12,714 bases of DNA from Promethearchaeota archaeon (lineage in GTDB: Archaea; Asgardarchaeota; Hermodarchaeia; Hermodarchaeales; Hermodarchaeaceae): NCBI GenBank assembly GCA_048938295.1, contig JBHLMI010000002.1:151890-164603 (forward strand), written 5' to 3'. Below, in pieces: positions 7,580-12,714 of this stretch. Position numbers and translations under genes: made by a program. Under the pieces are notes generated by a model that was not told where the DNA came from, did not search any database, and saw only the letters and a program-made list of their open reading frames with translations. Position 1 is the stretch's first letter. Each line of letters begins with the position of its first letter.

Positions 7580-8047
7580 ATGATGCTGTCGAAAAAAGAA
7601 GTTGTGAACCAAGCAAAGGCTTTTGCGGAAGAGGGCTTTCTCTGTTCAGAATCTGTTCTTCTTGCCTTAAGTAAAGCCTTGAATGTAAAAAGTGGAATAA
7701 TTCCTCGAATTGCGACAGGATTTGGAGCAGGAATAGGTCGACATGGTGAAATCTGTGGTGCCTTAACAGGAGCCATCATGGGATTGGGAATAAAATTCGG
7801 GCGCAATCATCCTTCAGAAACGCCGGAGGGGCAACCGGCATATGCATATAGTCAGACAATGGTGAATCTTTTCCTTGCCCACTTTGGCCACATTCGATGT
7901 AAGGATCTACTGGGGTTGGATATCTCCAGCGAGGACGGTGTGACTGAGTACCGACAGCAGAAGCTGTGGGAGACAAAATGCCAGGATCTCATCCAAATTA
8001 CTACCGGGTTAGCTTATGACGTGCTTGAAGCGAATACATCCGACTAA
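7580..8047 (+). CDS. C-GCAxxG-C-C family putative redox-active cysteine protein
   Basis: Pattern LCSESVL...GFGAGIG...ICGALTGAIM...RCKDLLG...KCQDLI. ATG 7580 follows AAGGTGGG. An alternative TTG start at 7544 directly abuts the OPT stop. Confidence 0.9.
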   Translation: MMLSKKEVVNQAKAFAEEGFLCSESVLLALSKALNVKSGIIPRIATGFGAGIGRHGEICGALTGAIMGLGIKFGRNHPSETPEGQPAYAYSQTMVNLFLAHFGHIRCKDLLGLDISSEDGVTEYRQQKLWETKCQDLIQITTGLAYDVLEANTSD

Positions 8048-8156
8048 AACCGCTAAAAAGGATTGCTTGACCATATTACAATTCTAGCGTCATCGTTCGC
8101 GGTGAAACGCAATATTAAAACCCGATTGTCGTATTGGTCATCTGGGATATCGGGCA

Positions 8157-8564
8157 TTGTCTACCAATCAAGCTGCTAAGCAATCATGCAAAGAGGCATT
8201 GCTTTCACTTCTGGCAGGAGTGGAGCCTCAAATTGCAGGGGACACTATCTTAATTGGCGACTTAGAAATCGAGGTCACCGCTTCCGGTTATGCCAATATC
8301 ACAATTCAACGCCCGCTGGATATCGATTTCTTTTCTAAGCTCTTTGTTCACTGGGACTATTATGCTGACAGCAATGAAGCCAGCCTGACAGTTAAGCCTA
8401 GCGAGAATATCTACTTTTATGGCGACGAAGGTGCCCAAGACGTTGCCTTCGGTCCTGAATTTGATCGCGATCTTCTTTATACCGTCTTCCTCTACATCGA
8501 TCGAAACTTTCCTGGAAAATATACAACGATGCGACGATGGATGGAACTACATCGTCCAAATTAG
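8157..8564 (+). CDS. Hypothetical soluble protein, 135 aa
   Basis: Fills the gap between two real genes and has a natural acidic composition. TTG start, with AATATTAAAA about 40 nt upstream. No family recognised. Confidence 0.7.
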   Translation: MSTNQAAKQSCKEALLSLLAGVEPQIAGDTILIGDLEIEVTASGYANITIQRPLDIDFFSKLFVHWDYYADSNEASLTVKPSENIYFYGDEGAQDVAFGPEFDRDLLYTVFLYIDRNFPGKYTTMRRWMELHRPN

Positions 8565-8596
8565 CCTAGGCATCAACTTGCCACTAACCAATTGGG

Positions 8597-10102
8597 CTAG
8601 TATTGTTTTCCAACATATGCTACTACTGTTGCTGGTTCACCACACAATGGACACACGCCCCATGGTTTTTCATCTTCCCCGAGTTTCACACCACGAATAT
8701 CAGCACCAGTCGCATCCTTGATCTTTTCAGCACAGGCTAATCCTTTCATTTCCAAGGTACAGAAGTTAATTCGTGCCGCTTTATTTCGGTCGATGATGTC
8801 ACAGATTTCATCAAAAGTGTCAGCGTTCTCGAATGAATTATCAAAGTGCTCTTTGGCCCGACGCCAGAGTTCTTTGGTAACCGCATTGCCTGTTTGTTTT
8901 ACGGTCTTAGCCAGCCTATCCAATGGAATGGTGTTCCTGGTTCGAAGGTCCCGACGAAAGATTGTCGCTGTGTCGTCCTGGACTTCACGATTTCCAATTT
9001 CTATTCGTAACGGAACTCCACGCATCTCCCAATGGTAATACTTTTCACCAGGTCGTTTCTCCGTGTTGTCAAAGACAACTCGATATCCAGCTTTACGTAA
9101 GATGGCTTCGAGATCCAGACAGCACTCTTTAACTTCTTTTTTAGATCCCTTTTTGGGAATGGGTACGATAACCACCTGCACCGGGGCTAGATCAAAGGGG
9201 AGGATTAATCCATCATCGTCTCCATGCATGATGATGAGGGCTCCATACATCCGACTTAGCCCGGGGCCAAAACAAGTCTGCTGGGCATACTGTTCCTCCT
9301 CGTTTTCATCCACAAACTTCACCCCATAAGCACGGGCGAAGTTATCCCCGAGCATGTGACTTGTCGAGTTTTGAATGAAGCGACCATCTGGGAGAATCGA
9401 TTCACCGGCAACCGTATACACTGCACCTGGGAACTTGTCCCATTGCGGACGAATCATCACCAAGATCGGTATGGCAAGGTGTCCTTCTACGAACTCCTTT
9501 GTGATGGCTAAATCTTCTAGCACTTGATCTTCTGCTTCCTTTACTGTCGCAAACACGTCGTGGGCTTCAATCCAGTAGAACTCCCGGCTACGCAAGAAAG
9601 GGCGGGTCATCTTTGTATCGTAACGCCAGATGGCCACACTCTGATACCGTTTGAAAGGAAGATCTCGCCAACTCCGAATCCAGAGCGCATACATGGGATA
9701 CATGGCTGACTCGCTCGTTGGACGAAGCGCTAACGGCTCATCAAAGACATTATCAACGCCAGACTGGGTACACCAAAAGACCTCCGGGGCAAATCCTTCT
9801 ACATGCTCAGCCTCCCTGATCAGATTCGATTCAGGAACCAAGGCAGGGAAAATAACGGGGAGGTGCCCATGACGTTCTAAGGATTCCTCGAGCAACCGAT
9901 ACATGATCTTCAAAGTAACAGTTGTCCAGGCGCGGAATACGACTAATCCCTTGACGCCATAGCGTTGGTCAGAGAGCTCCGCTCGTTTGTTGATTTCGGT
10001 AAACCAATTGGAGAAATCTCCCACCTTATCGTAGTGGAAGGTCACAACTTCCTCTTGGTCTATATGGGATGTCTTCGCTTCGTTCTTTGTTTTCTTTGTC
10101 AT
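8597..10102 (-). CDS. proS: Proline--tRNA ligase, archaeal/eukaryote type
   Basis: HVEGFAPEV, LALRPTSE, WIRSWRDLP, TRPFLRSREF, KFPGA, TSHMLGDNFA; anticodon domain (PVQVVIVPI, GEKYYHWEMRGVPLRIEIG); C-terminal Zn domain (C...C...CPLC) ending in the conserved Tyr (GKQY). CAGGTGAAA precedes the ATG. Confidence 0.98.
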   Translation of the reverse strand: MTKKTKNEAKTSHIDQEEVVTFHYDKVGDFSNWFTEINKRAELSDQRYGVKGLVVFRAWTTVTLKIMYRLLEESLERHGHLPVIFPALVPESNLIREAEHVEGFAPEVFWCTQSGVDNVFDEPLALRPTSESAMYPMYALWIRSWRDLPFKRYQSVAIWRYDTKMTRPFLRSREFYWIEAHDVFATVKEAEDQVLEDLAITKEFVEGHLAIPILVMIRPQWDKFPGAVYTVAGESILPDGRFIQNSTSHMLGDNFARAYGVKFVDENEEEQYAQQTCFGPGLSRMYGALIIMHGDDDGLILPFDLAPVQVVIVPIPKKGSKKEVKECCLDLEAILRKAGYRVVFDNTEKRPGEKYYHWEMRGVPLRIEIGNREVQDDTATIFRRDLRTRNTIPLDRLAKTVKQTGNAVTKELWRRAKEHFDNSFENADTFDEICDIIDRNKAARINFCTLEMKGLACAEKIKDATGADIRGVKLGEDEKPWGVCPLCGEPATVVAYVGKQY

Positions 10103-10107
10103 AATTT

Positions 10108-10114
10108 CACCTGC
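10108..10114 (-). promoter_or_regulatory. Ribosome-binding site AGGTGA of proS
   Basis: GGCAGGTGAAATT-ATG. The same CAGGTGAAA precedes the DUF362 start, and GAGGT precedes the starts at 3082 and 5337. These match the archaeal 16S anti-SD. Confidence 0.7.
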
Positions 10115-10245
10115 CGTTGAGAGCTGTCACTCAATTGTTCATCGATTGGTGAACCTAGAAGGCGTTGAGCACTAAAAATGAAGTGGATTGTTTCATCCAT
10201 GTGGTAGGTAATCAGGAAAGTGAACACCTATCATCTGCTCAAACC

Positions 10246-10278
10246 TCAGGTGACATCACCTGATTGAGTGTATAAAAA
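10246..10278. promoter_or_regulatory. Palindrome next to a TATA-like box in the proS / membrane-protein divergent spacer
   Basis: TCAGGTGA-CA-TCACCTGA (10246-10263, perfect 8-bp arms) lies 7 nt from TATAAAAA (10271-10278; TTTTTATA on the minus strand). Confidence 0.55.
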
Positions 10279-10435
10279 CCCTTCTTATTCAACATGCCGT
10301 TAAAAGGAGTCTAAAAAGGGGACTGCTTAGTAACAAGACAGCTAGCACGTAGTAGAAGTGGATGGTCTCTGGAAGGCAGTATCGGGATAACTATTTAGGG
10401 AGAAACTTCTGAATATCGATTCAAGGTGTACTAAC

Positions 10436-10771
10436 GTGTCAGATGAAACCGCATCAACCCTCATTCTCGTGGGTGCGATTCTACAGCTCCTCTTCTCACT
10501 CGCACTCATCGGCTTCGGAGTGGTCGCCTTCATTCTACCGCTACTATTTGGATACATTGATATATGGATTCTCATCGTTCCTGCCTTCTTCTTCATCGGC
10601 GGAATCATTAGCCTTATCTTTACTATCCTATGGTTTCAATGGCGCCACGAGCCAGCCGCCCACAAGACAGCGTTGATCATCACAGGCATCCTTGGATTAC
10701 TCTTCGGCGGTTTCCTCCCAGGACTTCTCGTCCTCATTGGAGGAGCCGTTGCTGAAGGTTCATCCGCTTAG
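10436..10771 (+). CDS. Small integral membrane protein (about 3-4 TM), unknown function; DUF4064-like C-terminal GLLxLIGG
   Basis: 111 aa, very hydrophobic, with one polar loop WRHEPAAHK. GTG start after AAGGTG. A clear terminator follows. Confidence 0.85.
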   Translation: MSDETASTLILVGAILQLLFSLALIGFGVVAFILPLLFGYIDIWILIVPAFFFIGGIISLIFTILWFQWRHEPAAHKTALIITGILGLLFGGFLPGLLVLIGGAVAEGSSA

Positions 10772-10774
10772 GCT

Positions 10775-10814
10775 AGTCAATAGGCTCATCCCTATTGACT
10801 CCACCCCTTTTTTC
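10775..10814 (+). terminator. Hairpin plus oligo-T terminator of the membrane-protein gene
   Basis: AGTCAATAGG-CTCATC-CCTATTGACT (perfect 10-bp stem), then CCACCCC-TTTTTTT, starting 3 nt after the stop. Confidence 0.8.
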
Positions 10815-10882
10815 TGCAAATAATTTCCTGTCCAGGTGGCTATGCAAGGTTATTAGGAAGTCCAAACGATGAACTATTACCT

Positions 10883-12085
10883 CTAGTAGAAAGAGGGAGC
10901 TCGTTCAAACTCTTGTTTAGGAGGCTTCATCCTCATCGTCTTTTTAGGCGGAAGCACTTCGACGAGATCGTACTCGCGTGTTCCCAATCCCAACTTTTCA
11001 GCATGCATCGTAACCAAATAGGGATTTTTGTATGGACCCCACAAGCGCTGAAATGGATGAAGATCAGCTTCAGGATCCAAGTTCGCATGCTGGAAATAGG
11101 GAGGGATTTCACTTTCAATGAGCCCCTTCTCTTTAATCAAATCCAAAGTAGCCTGATCCACTGCGACAATATCCCTGCCAGCAATAATCCCAATATGAGG
11201 GACAACAGCTGGCTGGATGATACCCATACAATCACAGTGAGGTGTGATGTCTAAGGCGATGTTGATGAAGAACCGTTTGTTTTCATCAAAGGTGTCGAGG
11301 ACGTGTTGGGCAGAGATGGCCATCATTTCTTGGAAGGCCTCAAATTGTTCGCCTTGGATGTTAAGAGCGCCAACATCTTTGTCGGCTTTCATGCATTCGG
11401 TGCAGTTGCCGTAATAGCATTGGAAGCGGGTAATATTGAGTAAGTGTTTTTCTTTGTCGTATGAGAGGGCTCCGTAGGGGCAGGATTCGACGAGTTTTTG
11501 TGCGTGTTCGGGGGACATTTTCTTTGGGTCCCACCAGGGATCAACGTTTTCTACGCCATGGATTCGGTTCCATCGTGAGGGACCTGAGTAGCCACCGAGA
11601 GCAATGTTTTTGACTGCACCGCCATAGCCACAGTTCGCATGGCCTTTGGCGTGAGCCAAGTCGATGAGAACATCGGCGTCGTGGAGAACTCCGCCTAAAG
11701 CGAGTTCTTTGACTTTCTTGAAATTAATTTTCACTATTGTGGTGTATCCATCCTTGACTCCAGAAACGGGAATTATTGGGCACCCACAGGTTTCCTGGGT
11801 ATACCCGCGCTCCGCTGCATTATAGACCGCTGTTGGATTGTCAGTGACAAACGGCCAACCACCGGCTGCCTTCACGGCGTTTACAATCCGGCGGACAAAA
11901 AAGACCGGTACTGTCTGATAGCCATCATGAAACCCTAGATGCATCTTCACCGCTACTTTGTCGTTTTTTTCGATTGAGGAGAAATCGAGATGCTCAAGGA
12001 GTGTGTCAAGTTTTGCCCCAAGCGAGGCAAAGCCGTGAGCCTGACCTTGTTGAATCGATCCAAAATAGACTTTTGACTTTGTCAA
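10883..12085 (-). CDS. DUF362 domain Fe-S protein with a degenerate ferredoxin insert
   Basis: DUF362 hallmarks: KVAVKMHLG, GGWPFVTD, DADVLIDLAHAKGH, YGGAVKNIALG, PHCDC, GIIAGRDIVAVDQATLD and LGLGTREYDL. TTG start after CAGGTGAAA. Confidence 0.9.
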   Translation of the reverse strand: MTKSKVYFGSIQQGQAHGFASLGAKLDTLLEHLDFSSIEKNDKVAVKMHLGFHDGYQTVPVFFVRRIVNAVKAAGGWPFVTDNPTAVYNAAERGYTQETCGCPIIPVSGVKDGYTTIVKINFKKVKELALGGVLHDADVLIDLAHAKGHANCGYGGAVKNIALGGYSGPSRWNRIHGVENVDPWWDPKKMSPEHAQKLVESCPYGALSYDKEKHLLNITRFQCYYGNCTECMKADKDVGALNIQGEQFEAFQEMMAISAQHVLDTFDENKRFFINIALDITPHCDCMGIIQPAVVPHIGIIAGRDIVAVDQATLDLIKEKGLIESEIPPYFQHANLDPEADLHPFQRLWGPYKNPYLVTMHAEKLGLGTREYDLVEVLPPKKTMRMKPPKQEFERAPSFY

Positions 12086-12143
12086 TCATTTCACCTGTTT
12101 GTTTGCCAGGGGGTGAGGGCATGATGTAGGTTTTCTAATCTTG

Positions 12144-12185
12144 TGAGAACATTGTCTCAGGTTGTGATAAAAAGCTTTCCCTTTC
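12144..12185 (-). promoter_or_regulatory. BRE/TATA and a downstream inverted repeat upstream of the DUF362 gene
   Basis: The minus strand reads GAAAGGGAAAG-CTTTTATC (TATA at 12166-12173), followed by TGAGA-CAATGT-TCTCA (12144-12159). Confidence 0.55.
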
Positions 12186-12274
12186 GTCAACACCAGAAAC
12201 TTTAGAGAAAAAGAAATGGGGAGACAAACCACTTGATATGGCTGATCCCCAGATGGAACAAGGATTTCCAATAG

Positions 12275-12421
12275 CTACCGTCGCTGAAAGAGCAGCGATT
12301 CTTCCATGGGCCCATTACGAAGTGCCTTGGGGTTACGGCATTCAGCTAGACCTTTCGGTTCTTTCAGTCGCTCGTCCTCAGAGACGGGAACTTTACATTT
12401 ATTGAGTTCGTATCGGACCAT
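12275..12421 (-). CDS. Candidate small protein, 48 aa (MVRYELNKCKVPVSEDERLKEPKGLAECRNPKALRNGPMEESLLFQRR)
   Basis: Translated by hand; it is below the ORF-track length cutoff. ATG follows AAGGGGTGG, with TTAATATT about 40-45 nt upstream. No family recognised. Confidence 0.4.
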   Translation of the reverse strand: MVRYELNKCKVPVSEDERLKEPKGLAECRNPKALRNGPMEESLLFQRR

Positions 12422-12714
12422 TACAACCACCCCTTACGATTCGTGTTTACTTTACTTGGAATATTAACGATTCACTTCCAAGAGAGAGCGGGCACTAGAA
12501 TCGCCAAGAGTTAACACCGTTAAGTACGCTGCCAATTTATATGGCTTCCCCATTTCTCAATACAAGACACCAACACAGAGAGCGAACCTTTGAGATGCGA
12601 AACCCACTCAAAGCCTTGGATGAGACAAGACATCAATTCGTGGTGGTGCGAGTTGGATCAGGATTAATGGAAAGCATAGCCAATTAAGATGAGTGGGCCT
12701 TGGCATCCGCAACC

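Noticed and set aside
5409-7806. ORFs overlapping OPT (5409, 6115, 7042, 7053, 7540), up to 144 aa
   Set aside because: Stop-poor alternate frames are expected over a hydrophobic membrane-protein gene. None has motifs or an RBS.
7580-8047. Selenoprotein version of C-GCAxxG-C-C
   Set aside because: All four motif positions are ordinary Cys codons and there is no in-frame TGA.
9200-9620. ProRS motif deviations (WIEAH, QNSTSH, QTCFGPGLSR) as a sign of altered specificity
   Set aside because: These segments vary among archaeal ProRS enzymes, and the core residues and domain layout are intact.
7776-11254. Short alternate-frame or antisense ORFs over the C-GCAxxG-C-C gene, proS, the membrane gene and DUF362
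   Set aside because: Largely or entirely nested in real genes and without independent support.
12086-12421. Amber (pyrrolysine-type) read-through joining the 48-aa ORF to the in-frame 12086-12271 ORF, whose TGA abuts the DUF362 start
   Set aside because: TAG is a true stop for four genes here, including proS right after its conserved terminal Tyr. The downstream part does not look like a protein and contains the BRE/TATA and RBS of DUF362.
2963-12613. Recurring TTGAG/CTCAA half-site pairs in intergenic DNA (2964, 10117, 10238, 12590) as one regulon motif
   Set aside because: Orientation and spacer length differ (4, 8, 21 and 12 nt), which does not fit a single dimeric factor.
12660-12714. 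Gene fragment at the right edge (minus-strand ...VADAKAHSS-stop, or plus-strand MSGPWHPQ...)
   Set aside because: Too little sequence to choose a frame or strand.
1-12714. CRISPR array, tRNA/rRNA, IS element, integrase or defence system
   Set aside because: No regularly spaced repeats, cloverleaf, rRNA signature, terminal inverted repeats with a transposase, or defence-type domains were seen.

Overview
An archaeal chromosomal window. Evidence: archaeal/eukaryote-type ProRS, GAGGT/AGGTGA ribosome-binding sites, TATA-like boxes and a PGF-CTERM-like sorting tail. An Asgard-type lineage is a guess, not demonstrated. Gene order: truncated Fe3+/thiamine-class ABC permease (-) and its membrane-anchored substrate-binding protein (-); a divergently transcribed surface glycoprotein with a C-terminal sorting signal (+); an MCAD-like acyl-CoA dehydrogenase (-); a divergent OPT-family transporter followed by a C-GCAxxG-C-C cysteine protein (+); a 135-aa hypothetical protein (+); proS (-); a small membrane protein (+); a DUF362 Fe-S protein (-); and a possible 48-aa ORF (-). 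I found no rRNA, tRNA, CRISPR array, transposase or integrase. The region looks like core/metabolic DNA, not a mobile island. The best leads are the surface protein/ABC pair around a palindromic TATA and operator-like site, the OPT + C-GCAxxG-C-C pair, the remodelled ferredoxin insert in DUF362, and several strong intergenic inverted repeats. None of these is a demonstrated new system.
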